Position numbers and translations under genes: made by a program. DNA of 45,913 nt from Escherichia coli (lineage in GTDB: Bacteria > Pseudomonadota > Gammaproteobacteria > Enterobacterales > Enterobacteriaceae), in the NCBI RefSeq assembly GCF_003334785.1, contig NZ_QOWV01000023.1, one strand, 5' to 3'. Positions 1 to 12,519 of this stretch are shown here, in pieces. Numbering within the stretch: the first letter of the stretch is position 1; every line of letters begins with the position of its first letter. The notes beneath the pieces are model-generated. The model made no database searches. It saw only the letters and a program-made list of their open reading frames with translations, and was not told the origin of the DNA.

Positions 1-632
1 GCCTGCCGGGGCAGCAGTATGATGAGGAGTCCGGCCTGTATTACAACCGCCACCGCTATTATGACCCGCTGCAGGGGAGGTATATCACTCAGGATCCGAT
101 TGGGCTGAAGGGGGGATGGAATTTTTATCAGTATCCGCTGAATCCGGTTCAGTATATAGATTCAATGGGACTGGCATCAAAATATGGACACTTAAATAAT
201 GGCGGATATGGAGCGAGACCCAACAAACCGCCTACGCCCGATCCAAGTAAATTGCCGGACATAGCGAAACAATTAAGACTGCCATATCCTATTGACCAGG
301 CCAGTAGTGCGCCTAATGTTTTCAAAACATTCTTCAGAGCATTAAGCCCTTACGACTACACACTGTATTGCAGGAAGTGGGTAAAACCAAATCTGACTTG
401 TACGCCACAGGATGATTCCCAGTATCCAGGGATGGATACAAAGACAGCAAGTGATTACCTGCCACAGACAAATTGGCCAACAACTCAATTACCACCAGGA
501 TATACTTGTGCAGAACCCTATTTATTCCCAGACATTAATAAACCCGATGGGCCAGCAACAGCAGGGATAGATGATTTGGGTGAAATTTTAGCTAAGATGA
601 AACAGAGAACATCGAGAGGAATAAGAAAATGA
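1..632 (+). CDS. ybfO: Rhs-family protein, C-terminal fragment (5' end outside window): end of the Rhs core with a DPIGL motif (nt 93-107) followed by a ~175-aa variable C-terminal tip
   Basis: Frame continuous from nt 3 ([57 protein letters not shown]...), a typical Rhs core terminus; stop overlaps the next ORF start (ATGA at 629-632). Symbol from remembered K-12 synteny (orphan rhs next to ybfC). Confidence 0.8.
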
Positions 633-1198
633 AAAGAGTTTTGTTCTTTTTGCTGATGATATTTGTTAGTTTTGGTGTTATAGCTGATTGCGAAATACAA
701 GCTAAAGATCATGATTGTTTTACTATTTTCGCTAAGGGTACTATTTTTTCCGCGTTTCCTGTCTTAAATAATAAAGCCATGTGGAGATGGTATCAGAATG
801 AGGACATCGGTGAGTATTATTGGCAAACAGAACTGGGTACATGTAAAAATAATAAATTCACACCAAGCGGGGCGAGACTCTTAATTCGCGTCGGGTCACT
901 ACGCCTTAATGAAAATCATGCCATCAAAGGAACGTTGCAGGAGTTGATAAATACAGCAGAAAAAACGGCGTTTCTCGGCGATCGGTTTAGAAGTTATATA
1001 AGAGCGGGTATCTATCAAAAAAAGAGCAGTGATCCAGTTCAGTTGTTGGCAGTCCTTGATAATTCAATCATGGTAAAATATTTTAAAGATGAGAAACCAA
1101 CTTATGCTCGAATGACAGCACATCTCCCGAACAAAAATGAGTCTTACGAATGTTTAATAAAGATACAGCATGAACTAATTCGTAGTGAAGAGAAATAA
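629..1198 (+). CDS. ybfC: Small protein with N-terminal hydrophobic signal-like segment, immediately downstream of the Rhs tip; candidate cognate immunity protein
   Basis: 189-aa ORF, start overlaps the rhs stop by 4 nt; N-terminus [21 protein letters not shown] is signal-peptide-like. Immunity role inferred from the Rhs toxin/immunity gene-pair paradigm. Confidence 0.8.
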
Positions 1199-1280
1199 AA
1201 TCTCTTCCTGAGAAAACAAATTAATCATTGTGAAAAATTATATAACTCATGGAATAGGTGTTTATTTTGCGTTCCATTTG

Positions 1281-2570
1281 CAGGGAAAGATCACGTAACG
1301 CTACTTTTTTGTACTAAATAATTCGCATTTTATGTTTAAAAATTGAGATATTCCTTATTACCTAAAGCTGTTTTTCATAGCTTATACATGATCAAATACT
1401 CCTTACATAAATAAGGTGAACAAATGGAACTTAAAAAATTGATGGAACATATTTCTATTATTCCCGATTACAGATAAGCCTGGAAAGTAGAGCATAAATT
1501 GTCAGGCATCCTACTATTGACTATTTTTGCCGTTATTTCTGGTGCAGAAAGTTGGGAAGATATAGAGGATTTCGGGGAAACACATCTCGATTTCTTGAAG
1601 CAATATGGTGATTTTGAAAATGGTATTCCTGTTCACGATACTATTGCCAGAGTTGTATCCTGTATCAGTCCTGCAAAATTTCACGAGTGCTTTATTAACT
1701 GGATGCGTGATTGCCATTCATCAAATGATAAAGACGTCATTGCAATTGATGGAAAAACGCTCCGGCACTCTTATGACAAGAGTCGCCGCAGGGGAGCGAT
1801 TCATGTCATTAGTGCGTTCTCAACAATGCACAGTCTGGTCATCGGGCAGATCAAGACGGATAAGAAATCCAATGAGATCACAGCTATCCCTGAACTTCTT
1901 AACATGCTGGATATTAAAGGAAAAATCATCACAACTGATGCGATGGGTTGCCAGAAAGATATTGCAGAGAAGATACAAAAACAGGGAGGTGATTATTTAT
2001 TCGCTGTAAAAGGAAACCAGGGGCGGCTTAATAAAGCCTTTGAGGAAAAATTTCCGCTGAAAGAATTAAATAATCCAGAGCATGACAGTTACGCAATGAG
2101 TGAAAAGAGTCACGGCAGAGAAGAAATCCGTCTTCATATTGTTTGCGATGTCCCTGATGAACTTATTGATTTCACGTTTGAATGGAAAGGACTGAAGAAA
2201 TTATGCGTGGCAGTCTCCTTTCGGTCAATAATAGCAGAACAAAAGAAAGAGCCAGAAATGACGGTCAGATATTATATCAGTTCTGCTGATTTAACCGCAG
2301 AAAAGTTCGCCACAGCAATCCGAAACCACTGGCACGTGGAGAATAAGCTGCACTGGCGTCTGGACGTGGTAATGAATGAAGACGACTGCAAAATAAGAAG
2401 AGGAAACGCCGCAGAATTATTTTCAGGGATACGGCACATCGCTATTAATATTTTAACGAATGATAAGGTATTCAAGGCAGGGTTAAGACGTAAGATGCGA
2501 AAAGCAGCCATGGATAGAAACTATCTCGCGTCAGTCCTTGCGGGGAGCGGGCTTTCGTAATCTTTCCCTG
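1281..2570 (+). mobile_element. H-repeat (ISAs1-family-like) element, copy 1, ~1290 bp with imperfect 15-bp terminal inverted repeats
   Basis: Left end CAGGGAAAGATCACG (1281-1295); right end CGTAATCTTTCCCTG (2556-2570), whose reverse complement is CAGGGAAAGATTACG. Contains one transposase-like ORF. Confidence 0.7.
1424..2560 (+). pseudogene. ybfL: H-repeat-associated transposase-like gene inactivated by an in-frame TAA at 1475-1477; otherwise full length (~378 codons)
   Basis: ATG at 1424 ([17 protein letters not shown]) runs into TAA where copy 2 has CAA; the frame then stays open to 2560 (ORF track 1499..2560). Symbol ybfQ/ybfL from memory, assignment between the two uncertain. Confidence 0.75.
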
Positions 2571-3524
2571 CTTTTTGTACTAAATAATTCGCATTTTATG
2601 TTTAAAAATTGAGATATTCCTTATTACCTGAAGCTGTTTTTTATTGCTTATACATGATCAAATACTTCTTACATAATTAAGGAGAACAAAATGGAACTTA
2701 AAAAATTGATGGAACATATTTCTATTATCCCCGATTACAGACAAGCCTGGAAAGTGGAACATAAATTATCGGATATTCTACTGTTGACTATTTGTGCCGT
2801 TATTTCTGGTGCAGAAGGCTGGGAAGATATAGAGGATTTTGGGGAAACACATCCCGATTTTTTGAAGCAATATGGTGATTTTGAAAATGGTATTCCTGTT
2901 CACGATACCATTGCCAGAGTTGTATCCTGTATCTGTCCTGCGAAATTTCATGAGAGCTTTATTAACTGGATGCTTGACTACCATTCTTCAGATGATAAAG
3001 ACGTCATCGCAATTGATGGAAAAATACACCGGCATTCTTATGACAAGAGTCGCCGTAAGGGAGCGATTCATGTCATTAGTGCGTTCTCAACAATGCACAG
3101 TCTGGTCATCGGACAGATCAAGACGGATAAGAAATCCAATGAGATCACAGCTATCCCTGAACTTCTTAACATGCTGGATATTAAAGGAAAAATCATCACA
3201 ACTGATGCGATGGGTTGCCAGAAAGATATTGCAGAGAAGATACAAAAACAGGGAGGTGATTATTTATTCGCTGTAAAAGGAAACCAGGGGCGGCTAAATA
3301 AAGCCTTCGAGGAAAAATTTCCGCTGAAAGAATTAAATAATCCCAAGCATGACAGTTACGCAATTAGTGAAAAGAGTCACGGCAGAGAAGAAACCCGTCT
3401 TCATATTGTTTGCGATGTCCCTGATGAGCTTATTGATTTCACGTTTGAATAGAAAGGGCAGCTATGGTTAGAAACTACCTGACGTCAGTCCTTGCGGGGA
3501 GCAGGCTTTCGTAAATTTGTCCTG
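2571..3524 (+). mobile_element. H-repeat element, copy 2, head-to-tail with copy 1; lacks the left inverted repeat and ~313 bp of internal 3' sequence
   Basis: Homology to copy 1 begins at 2571 (CTTTTTGTACTAAATAATTCGC, equivalent to copy 1 ~1305) and ends in a degenerate right repeat CGTAAATTTGTCCTG (3510-3524). Confidence 0.65.
2691..3452 (+). CDS. ybfD: H-repeat-associated protein, C-terminally truncated transposase-like ORF (253 aa)
   Basis: Near-identical to copy 1 through ...DFTFE, then TAG at 3450-3452 where copy 1 has TGG, followed by a ~313-bp deletion relative to copy 1. Confidence 0.8.
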   Translation: MELKKLMEHISIIPDYRQAWKVEHKLSDILLLTICAVISGAEGWEDIEDFGETHPDFLKQYGDFENGIPVHDTIARVVSCICPAKFHESFINWMLDYHSSDDKDVIAIDGKIHRHSYDKSRRKGAIHVISAFSTMHSLVIGQIKTDKKSNEITAIPELLNMLDIKGKIITTDAMGCQKDIAEKIQKQGGDYLFAVKGNQGRLNKAFEEKFPLKELNNPKHDSYAISEKSHGREETRLHIVCDVPDELIDFTFE

Positions 3525-3599
3525 CTACAACAGGATTAACTTCACAAATATCATTTCTCAACGTCTACACTTACTCCTGTAAACCGCTCAGGAGCAGTA

Positions 3600-4109
3600 A
3601 TGAATCTACAACGATTTGATGACAGCACCCTAATCCGTATCTTTGCCCTTCATGAGTTACATCGACTGAAAGAACATGGCTTAACGCGCGGGGCGCTTCT
3701 CGATTATCACAGCCGCTATAAACTCGTCTTTCTGGCGCATTCTCAGTCGGAGTACCGCAAACTTGGCCCGTTCGTGGCTGATATTCACCAGTGGCAAAAT
3801 CTGGATGACTATTACAACCAGTACCGCCAACGCGTAGTTGTTTTGCTTTCTCACCCCGCCAACCCGCGCGATCACACCAATGTTTTGATGCACGTTCAGG
3901 GTTATTTTCGCCCGCATATTGATTCCACAGAACGCCAGCAGCTGGCTGCGCTTATCGACAGTTATCGCCGTGGCGAGCAACCACTTCTTGCGCCGCTGAT
4001 GCGTATCAAACACTATATGGCGCTTTATCCTGACGCCTGGCTTTCAGGGCAGCGTTATTTCGAACTTTGGCCGCGTGTGATTAACTTGCGCCATTCAGGA
4101 GTTTTATGA
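3600..4109 (+). CDS. ybgA: DUF1722-family protein, upstream partner of photolyase
   Basis: 169-aa ORF; stop overlaps phr start (ATGA at 4106-4109); recognised ybgA-phr arrangement. Confidence 0.9.
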   Translation: MNLQRFDDSTLIRIFALHELHRLKEHGLTRGALLDYHSRYKLVFLAHSQSEYRKLGPFVADIHQWQNLDDYYNQYRQRVVVLLSHPANPRDHTNVLMHVQGYFRPHIDSTERQQLAALIDSYRRGEQPLLAPLMRIKHYMALYPDAWLSGQRYFELWPRVINLRHSGVL

Positions 4110-5524
4110 CTACCCATCTGGTCTGGTTTCGCCAGGATTTACGTCTGCACGATAATCTCGCACTGGCTGCCGCCTGCCGCAATTCGTCTGCACGCGTGCT
4201 GGCGTTGTATATCGCTACACCACGCCAGTGGGCGACGCATAACATGTCGCCGCGTCAGGCTGAACTTATCAATGCTCAACTGAATGGGCTACAAATAGCG
4301 CTTGCGGAAAAAGGTATTCCTTTATTGTTCCGTGAAGTGGATGACTTTGTCGCCAGTGTCGAAATAGTTAAACAGGTGTGCGCGGAAAACAGCGTTACCC
4401 ACCTGTTTTATAACTATCAGTATGAAGTGAATGAGCGGGCGCGGGATGTGGAAGTTGAAAGAGCGCTGCGTAACGTGGTGTGTGAAGGATTTGATGACAG
4501 CGTGATCCTGCCGCCTGGCGCGGTGATGACCGGTAATCACGAGATGTACAAAGTCTTTACGCCTTTTAAGAATGCCTGGCTGAAACGGCTGCGGGAAGGG
4601 ATGCCGGAGTGCGTCGCTGCGCCAAAAGTTCGTAGTAGCGGATCGATAGAGCCCTCGCCATCCATTACGCTGAATTATCCTCGTCAGTCTTTCGATACTG
4701 CGCATTTTCCGGTGGAAGAAAAAGCGGCGATTGCGCAATTACGCCAGTTTTGCCAGAACGGTGCCGGAGAATATGAGCAACAACGAGATTTTCCGGCAGT
4801 GGAAGGCACCAGCCGTTTGTCGGCCAGCCTGGCAACGGGCGGGTTATCGCCTCGCCAGTGCTTGCATCGCTTGTTGGCTGAACAGCCGCAGGCGCTGGAC
4901 GGTGGGGCCGGTAGTGTCTGGCTTAATGAGCTGATCTGGCGCGAGTTTTACCGTCACCTGATAACGTATCACCCCTCGTTGTGTAAACATCGTCCATTTA
5001 TTGCCTGGACGGATCGTGTACAGTGGCAGAGCAATCCCGCACATTTACAGGCCTGGCAGGAAGGCAAAACGGGATACCCGATTGTTGATGCCGCTATGCG
5101 TCAGCTTAACAGCACTGGCTGGATGCATAACAGGCTACGGATGATTACAGCCAGTTTTCTGGTGAAAGATTTATTGATCGACTGGCGCGAAGGCGAGCGA
5201 TATTTCATGTCGCAGCTGATTGATGGTGATTTGGCAGCCAATAACGGTGGCTGGCAGTGGGCCGCTTCAACCGGAACCGATGCAGCGCCGTATTTTCGTA
5301 TTTTCAACCCGACAACCCAGGGCGAGAAATTTGATCATGAGGGCGAGTTTATCCGCCAGTGGCTACCGGAACTGCGCGATGTGCCAGGGAAAGTGGTGCA
5401 TGAGCCGTGGAAGTGGGCGCAGAAAGCAGGTGTGACGCTGGATTATCCGCAACCGATAGTCGAGCACAAAGAAGCGAGAGTACAAACGTTGGCAGCGTAT
5501 GAGGCGGCGCGGAAGGGGAAATAA
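4106..5524 (+). CDS. phr: Deoxyribodipyrimidine photolyase (CPD photolyase)
   Basis: 472-aa ORF recognised as photolyase/cryptochrome family (e.g. ...WREFYRHL..., ...GWMHNRLRMITASFLVKDL...). Confidence 0.95.
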   Translation: MTTHLVWFRQDLRLHDNLALAAACRNSSARVLALYIATPRQWATHNMSPRQAELINAQLNGLQIALAEKGIPLLFREVDDFVASVEIVKQVCAENSVTHLFYNYQYEVNERARDVEVERALRNVVCEGFDDSVILPPGAVMTGNHEMYKVFTPFKNAWLKRLREGMPECVAAPKVRSSGSIEPSPSITLNYPRQSFDTAHFPVEEKAAIAQLRQFCQNGAGEYEQQRDFPAVEGTSRLSASLATGGLSPRQCLHRLLAEQPQALDGGAGSVWLNELIWREFYRHLITYHPSLCKHRPFIAWTDRVQWQSNPAHLQAWQEGKTGYPIVDAAMRQLNSTGWMHNRLRMITASFLVKDLLIDWREGERYFMSQLIDGDLAANNGGWQWAASTGTDAAPYFRIFNPTTQGEKFDHEGEFIRQWLPELRDVPGKVVHEPWKWAQKAGVTLDYPQPIVEHKEARVQTLAAYEAARKGK

Positions 5525-5551
5525 CAGACGCGTCAGGCAATCGAGCCCAGA

Positions 5552-5660
5552 TGCCGGATGCGGCGTGAACGCCTTATCCAGCCTACAAATTTGTGCAAAT
5601 TCAATAAATTGCAGGAAATACGTAGGCCTGATAAGACGCGTCAAGCGTCGCATCAGGCAT
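5552..5660. repeat. REP/BIME repetitive extragenic palindromes between convergent phr and dtpD
   Basis: GCCGGATGCGGCGTGAACGCCTTATCCAGCCTACA and GTAGGCCTGATAAGACGCGTCAAGCGTCGCATCAGGCA are canonical E. coli REP units. Confidence 0.75.
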
Positions 5661-5673
5661 CGGTGCTGGCCTA

Positions 5674-7338
<1,665 letters not shown>

Positions 7339-7425
7339 TTAATATGTCAAAAGATTGGCTATCGACGAACTGGCGAGGTAACGCTATGTTAACGGTGTAG
7401 CTATCAGAATACGGAAGGCGCGAAG

Positions 7426-8169
7426 ATGAAAAACACCGAACTGGAACAACTGATTAACGAAAAACTGAACAGCGCGGCGATTAGTGATTACGCGCCGAAT
7501 GGTTTGCAGGTGGAAGGCAAAGAGACGGTGCAAAAAATTGTTACCGGTGTCACCGCCAGCCAGGCTTTGCTCGATGAGGCAGTGCGTCTGGGCGCGGATG
7601 CGGTCATTGTGCATCATGGCTACTTCTGGAAAGGAGAGTCTCCGGTCATTCGCGGAATGAAGCGTAACCGTTTAAAAACGTTGCTGGCGAATGATATCAA
7701 CCTGTATGGCTGGCATTTGCCGCTTGACGCACATCCTGAGCTGGGCAATAACGCACAGCTGGCGGCGTTACTGGGGATCACGGTCATGGGCGAAATTGAG
7801 CCGTTGGTGCCGTGGGGCGAACTGACCATGCCTGTGCCGGGACTGGAGCTGGCTTCCTGGATTGAAGCGCGTCTGGGACGTAAGCCGTTATGGTGTGGCG
7901 ATACCGGACCTGAGGTGGTCCAGCGCGTCGCCTGGTGCACGGGCGGCGGGCAAAGTTTTATCGATAGCGCCGCGCGTTTTGGCGTGGATGCTTTTATTAC
8001 TGGCGAAGTTTCTGAACAGACCATTCATTCAGCCCGCGAGCAGGGATTGCATTTTTATGCTGCAGGTCACCATGCCACTGAACGTGGTGGTATTCGCGCA
8101 TTGAGCGAGTGGCTGAATGAAAATACCGATCTTGATGTGACCTTTATTGATATTCCTAATCCTGCATAA
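7426..8169 (+). CDS. ybgI: NIF3-family metal-binding protein (GTP cyclohydrolase 1 type 2 homolog)
   Basis: 247-aa ORF recognised as Nif3/YbgI family. Confidence 0.9.
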   Translation: MKNTELEQLINEKLNSAAISDYAPNGLQVEGKETVQKIVTGVTASQALLDEAVRLGADAVIVHHGYFWKGESPVIRGMKRNRLKTLLANDINLYGWHLPLDAHPELGNNAQLAALLGITVMGEIEPLVPWGELTMPVPGLELASWIEARLGRKPLWCGDTGPEVVQRVAWCTGGGQSFIDSAARFGVDAFITGEVSEQTIHSAREQGLHFYAAGHHATERGGIRALSEWLNENTDLDVTFIDIPNPA

Positions 8170-8191
8170 CGAATAATCAGAGGGATCGAAA

Positions 8192-8848
8192 GTGCAACGA
8201 GCGCGTTGTTATCTGATAGGTGAAACGGCGGTAGTGCTGGAACTGGAACCGCCGGTGACGCTGGCTAGCCAGAAACGGATCTGGCGACTGGCGCAGCGTC
8301 TGGTGGATATGCCGAATGTGGTTGAAGCCATTCCCGGCATGAACAATATCACGGTGATTTTGCGTAATCCTGAGTCGCTGGCGCTGGATGCCATAGAGCG
8401 TTTGCAACGCTGGTGGGAGGAGAGCGAGGCGCTGGAGCCGGAGTCTCGCTTTATTGAAATTCCGGTGGTTTACGGTGGTGCAGGCGGACCGGATTTGGCG
8501 GTGGTCGCGGCGCATTGCGGGTTGAGCGAAAAACAGGTTGTTGAATTGCACTCCTCCGTGGAATACGTGGTCTGGTTTTTAGGTTTTCAACCGGGCTTCC
8601 CGTATCTCGGGAGTTTGCCGGAACAACTACACACGCCACGGCGCGCTGAACCGCGCTTACTCGTTCCGGCAGGTTCTGTCGGGATCGGCGGGCCGCAGAC
8701 TGGTGTTTATCCGCTGGCAACGCCGGGTGGCTGGCAGTTGATTGGTCATACCTCACTCAGCCTGTTTGATCCGGCGCGTGACGAACCCATCTTATTACGT
8801 CCGGGAGACAGCGTGCGCTTTGTACCGCAGAAGGAGGGAGTATGCTGA
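8192..8848 (+). CDS. pxpB: 5-oxoprolinase subunit B (allophanate hydrolase subunit 1-like)
   Basis: 218-aa ORF with GTG start; overlaps next gene; formerly ybgJ. Confidence 0.88.
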
Positions 8849-9774
8849 AGATTATTCGTGCGGGCATGTATACCACTGTGCAGGATGGCGGTCGTCACGG
8901 TTTTCGCCAGTCGGGTATCAGCCACTGCGGCGCACTGGATATGCCCGCGTTACGCATTGCTAACCTACTGGTGGGTAATGACGCCAATGCCCCCGCGCTG
9001 GAGATCACGCTCGGTCAGTTAACTGTTGAGTTCGAAACTGATGGGTGGTTTGCTCTGACGGGTGCCGGTTGCGAAGCGCGGCTGGATGATAATGCCGTCT
9101 GGACCGGCTGGCGATTGCCGATGAAAGCAGGCCAGCGTTTAACGCTTAAACGCCCGCAGCACGGGATGCGCAGTTATCTGGCGGTCGCGGGTGGTATTGA
9201 TGTTCCGCCGGTAATGGGCTCATGCAGCACCGATCTCAAAGTGGGGATTGGCGGGCTGGAAGGCCGTTTACTGAAGGATGGTGACCGACTCCCGATTGGC
9301 AAATCGAAGCGTGATTCTATGGAAGCGCAGGGCGTTAAACAGCTGCTGTGGGGCAACCGCATTCGCGCCTTGCCGGGGCCGGAATATCATGAGTTCGATC
9401 GCGCCTCGCAGGATGCATTCTGGCGTTCGCCCTGGCAGCTTAGCTCGCAAAGTAACCGCATGGGCTATCGCTTACAGGGGCAAATTTTAAAACGCACCAC
9501 CGATCGCGAACTGTTATCTCACGGTTTGTTACCGGGCGTGGTGCAGGTGCCACATAACGGGCAGCCGATTGTGTTGATGAACGACGCACAGACCACCGGT
9601 GGTTACCCGCGTATTGCCTGTATCATTGAGGCTGATATGTACCATCTGGCGCAAATTCCGCTCGGTCAGCCGATTCATTTTGTCCAGTGTTCACTGGAAG
9701 AGGCACTAAAAGCACGGCAAGATCAGCAACGTTATTTTGAACAATTAGCGTGGCGGCTGCACAATGAAAATTGA
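8842..9774 (+). CDS. pxpC: 5-oxoprolinase subunit C (allophanate hydrolase subunit 2-like)
   Basis: 310-aa ORF, overlaps both neighbours by a few nt; formerly ybgK. Confidence 0.88.
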
Positions 9775-10498
9775 CCTGAACGCCGATCTGGGCGAAGGCT
9801 GCGCCAGCGACGCAGAGCTATTAACGCTGGTTTCCTCTGCCAATATTGCCTGTGGATTTCATGCAGGCGATGCGCAAATCATGCAGGCTTGCGTGCGTGA
9901 AGCAATAAAAAATGGTGTCGCGATTGGCGCTCACCCGAGTTTTCCCGACAGGGAAAATTTTGGTCGCAGCGCCATGCAGCTGCCGCCAGAAACCGTTTAC
10001 GCCCAGACGCTGTATCAAATTGGCGCGCTGGCAACGATTGCCCGTGCGCAAGGCGGCGTAATGCGTCATGTCAAACCGCACGGCATGTTGTACAACCAGG
10101 CGGCGAAAGAAGCACAACTGGCAGACGCCATCGCCAGAGCGGTATACGCTTGCGATCCAGCATTGATTCTCGTCGGGCTGGCGGGAAGCGAGCTGATTCG
10201 TGCAGGCAAGCAATATGGTCTGACAACGCGCGAGGAAGTGTTTGCCGATCGCGGTTATCAGGCTGACGGCTCGCTGGTGCCGCGAAGCCAGTCAGGCGCG
10301 TTGATTGAAAACGAAGAACAGGCGCTGGCGCAAACGCTGGAGATGGTGCAACACGGCAGAGTCAAAAGTATCACCGGCGAATGGGCAACGGTCGCGGCGC
10401 AAACGGTCTGCCTGCATGGCGACGGCGAGCACGCACTGGCGTTCGCCCGCCGACTACGCTCTGCATTTGCCGAAAAGGGGATTGTTGTCGCAGCATAA
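9764..10498 (+). CDS. pxpA: 5-oxoprolinase subunit A (LamB/YcsF family)
   Basis: 244-aa ORF; formerly ybgL; recognised LamB/YcsF-like sequence. Confidence 0.88.
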
Positions 10499-10533
10499 CC
10501 CCGATTAATAAAGAATGAAAAAAGGATATCACC

Positions 10534-11325
10534 ATGCCTGAAGGCCCGGAGATCCGCCGTGCAGCGGATAACCTGGAGGCGGCGATCAAAGGCAAACCAC
10601 TAACTGATGTCTGGTTTGCCTTCCCGCAGTTAAAACCTTATCAATCACAACTTATCGGTCAACACGTTACCCATGTGGAAACGCGTGGTAAGGCGTTGTT
10701 AACTCATTTTTCCAACGACTTAACGCTCTACAGCCATAATCAGCTTTACGGCGTCTGGCGCGTGGTTGATACCGGCGAAGAGCCGCAGACCACGCGAGTA
10801 TTGCGGGTAAAACTGCAAACGGCTGACAAAACCATTCTGCTTTATAGCGCCTCGGATATTGAGATGTTGACCCCGGAACAACTGACCACGCATCCGTTTT
10901 TACAACGCGTTGGTCCCGATGTGCTGGATCCGAATCTGACGCCGGAGGTGGTGAAAGAACGATTATTGTCGCCGCGCTTTCGTAACTGTCAGTTTGCTGG
11001 ATTACTGCTCGATCAGGCGTTTCTGGCTGGGCTTGGCAATTATTTGCGGGTGGAGATCCTCTGGCAGGTTGGGTTGACTGGAAATCATAAAGCGAAAGAT
11101 CTCAATGCGGCGCAACTGGATGCACTCGCACACGCGTTACTGGAGATTCCTCGATTTTCCTACGCTACGCGGGGGCAGGTGGATGAGAATAAGCATCATG
11201 GGGCGCTGTTTCGCTTTAAGGTTTTTCATCGAGATGGCGAACCGTGCGAACGTTGTGGCAGCATCATTGAGAAAACCACGCTGTCATCTCGCCCGTTTTA
11301 CTGGTGCCCTGGCTGCCAGCACTAG
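10534..11325 (+). CDS. nei: Endonuclease VIII (Fpg/Nei family DNA glycosylase/AP lyase)
   Basis: 263-aa ORF starting MPEGPEIRR (N-terminal catalytic Pro after Met) and ending in a zinc-finger CxxC...CxxC motif. Confidence 0.95.
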   Translation: MPEGPEIRRAADNLEAAIKGKPLTDVWFAFPQLKPYQSQLIGQHVTHVETRGKALLTHFSNDLTLYSHNQLYGVWRVVDTGEEPQTTRVLRVKLQTADKTILLYSASDIEMLTPEQLTTHPFLQRVGPDVLDPNLTPEVVKERLLSPRFRNCQFAGLLLDQAFLAGLGNYLRVEILWQVGLTGNHKAKDLNAAQLDALAHALLEIPRFSYATRGQVDENKHHGALFRFKVFHRDGEPCERCGSIIEKTTLSSRPFYWCPGCQH

Positions 11326-12368
11326 GCCGACCGCTTCGGCGCATAGGTTGAAATAAACCGCGCAATGGCAGGCCCTGTCAGCAAAATACTGAACAGGCGT
11401 AGGGTTTGCATCGCCATAATGAGCGCCATATCGGCATTGCTCCCTGCGGCGATGACCGCCACGGTATCAAGCCCGCCGGGGCTGGTGGCGAGGTAGGCAG
11501 TCATAAAATCAATGTGCATAAACCGGGTCAGCCCCCACGCCATACCCGCACAAATAGCCAGCAGAGCAAAAATCGACAGCAGGATTTGCGGTAGCGGGCG
11601 TAGTGCCCGCAGTAAGATTTGTTTATCGAAACCAAGACCAATCCGCCAGCCAATTGCCATATACGCCATCGCCAGCAGCCATTCCGGTAGTTCGATGGTG
11701 ATGAGCTGACCAGACTGGAGCACTGCGCCCGCCAGCATCGGGATGAGCATCGTGCCGGAAGGAAGACGCAGCAGGCATCCCACTGTACCGGCAACGACCG
11801 CGAGCAAAATAGTAAGCAGGAGATTAATGCTCACTGGCGGGAACCAGACGATATGCTGGTTAACCGCTTCAGCGTTATCGCCCAGCATCATGCGGGTGAC
11901 CAGAACAGCGGCCCCCGCGACGAACAGCACTCGCAGATATTGCATAAACGCCACCAGGCGAATATCTGCGCCGTAATCTTGCGCCATAGCGACCATTGCC
12001 GCCGCGCCGCCAGGAGAGGAGCCCCAGGCACCGGTATTTCCAGGCAATGAGCTATAGCGCACCAATAACCAACCCACAATGGCGCTGGAAAGCAGCGTTA
12101 CCAGTAAAATTGCAAGCACGATCGGCCAGTTGACGGCCAGGGTGGTGAGAATCGAACCAGTGAGGTTTTGCGCAATCATGCAGCCAAGAATGGCCTGGGC
12201 GGCGAGAAAAGCAGAGCGGGGAAGTTGCAGAGTAATTCCGCGCATACTAAAGATGATCCCGGCGATCATCGGCCCAAGTAATAGCGCCGCCGGGAGATGT
12301 ACCGCGAGGAAACCAATAGAAAGGAGAAGTGATAGCACACATAACATTCCCCACTGCAAAACTGGCAT
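11322..12368 (-). CDS. abrB: AbrB-family inner-membrane protein (putative regulator/transporter)
   Basis: Six-frame ORF extends to 12446, but the ATG at 12368-12366 has GGAG 8 nt upstream and gives a 348-aa product; highly hydrophobic. Confidence 0.8.
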   Translation of the reverse strand: MPVLQWGMLCVLSLLLSIGFLAVHLPAALLLGPMIAGIIFSMRGITLQLPRSAFLAAQAILGCMIAQNLTGSILTTLAVNWPIVLAILLVTLLSSAIVGWLLVRYSSLPGNTGAWGSSPGGAAAMVAMAQDYGADIRLVAFMQYLRVLFVAGAAVLVTRMMLGDNAEAVNQHIVWFPPVSINLLLTILLAVVAGTVGCLLRLPSGTMLIPMLAGAVLQSGQLITIELPEWLLAMAYMAIGWRIGLGFDKQILLRALRPLPQILLSIFALLAICAGMAWGLTRFMHIDFMTAYLATSPGGLDTVAVIAAGSNADMALIMAMQTLRLFSILLTGPAIARFISTYAPKRSA

Positions 12369-12519
12369 CCTTCGCTCCCTCATTATTTTCTCTTTGGTGT
12401 ATCGATACAGCATAAAGAAAGCTGGGCCAGGAAAAAATAACAGCAATCAAGGAAAAGGGGAAAATCAGCAATTTTCTGAAAGAGATGCCCTTTCCGGCGG
12501 CAAAGGGCATCATGGTAAA

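Noticed and set aside
1605-3276. 134-aa alternative-frame ORFs inside both H-repeat copies (1605-2009 and 2872-3276)
   Set aside because: Out-of-frame overlaps within the transposase-like reading frame; conserved between the copies only because the DNA is duplicated.
1-3524. Idea that the Rhs tip, H-repeats and adjacent genes form a novel defence or toxin island beyond the Rhs element
   Set aside because: Downstream genes (ybgA-phr onward) are ordinary housekeeping loci with normal composition; the mobile-element signatures stop at about 3524. Nothing supports an extended system.
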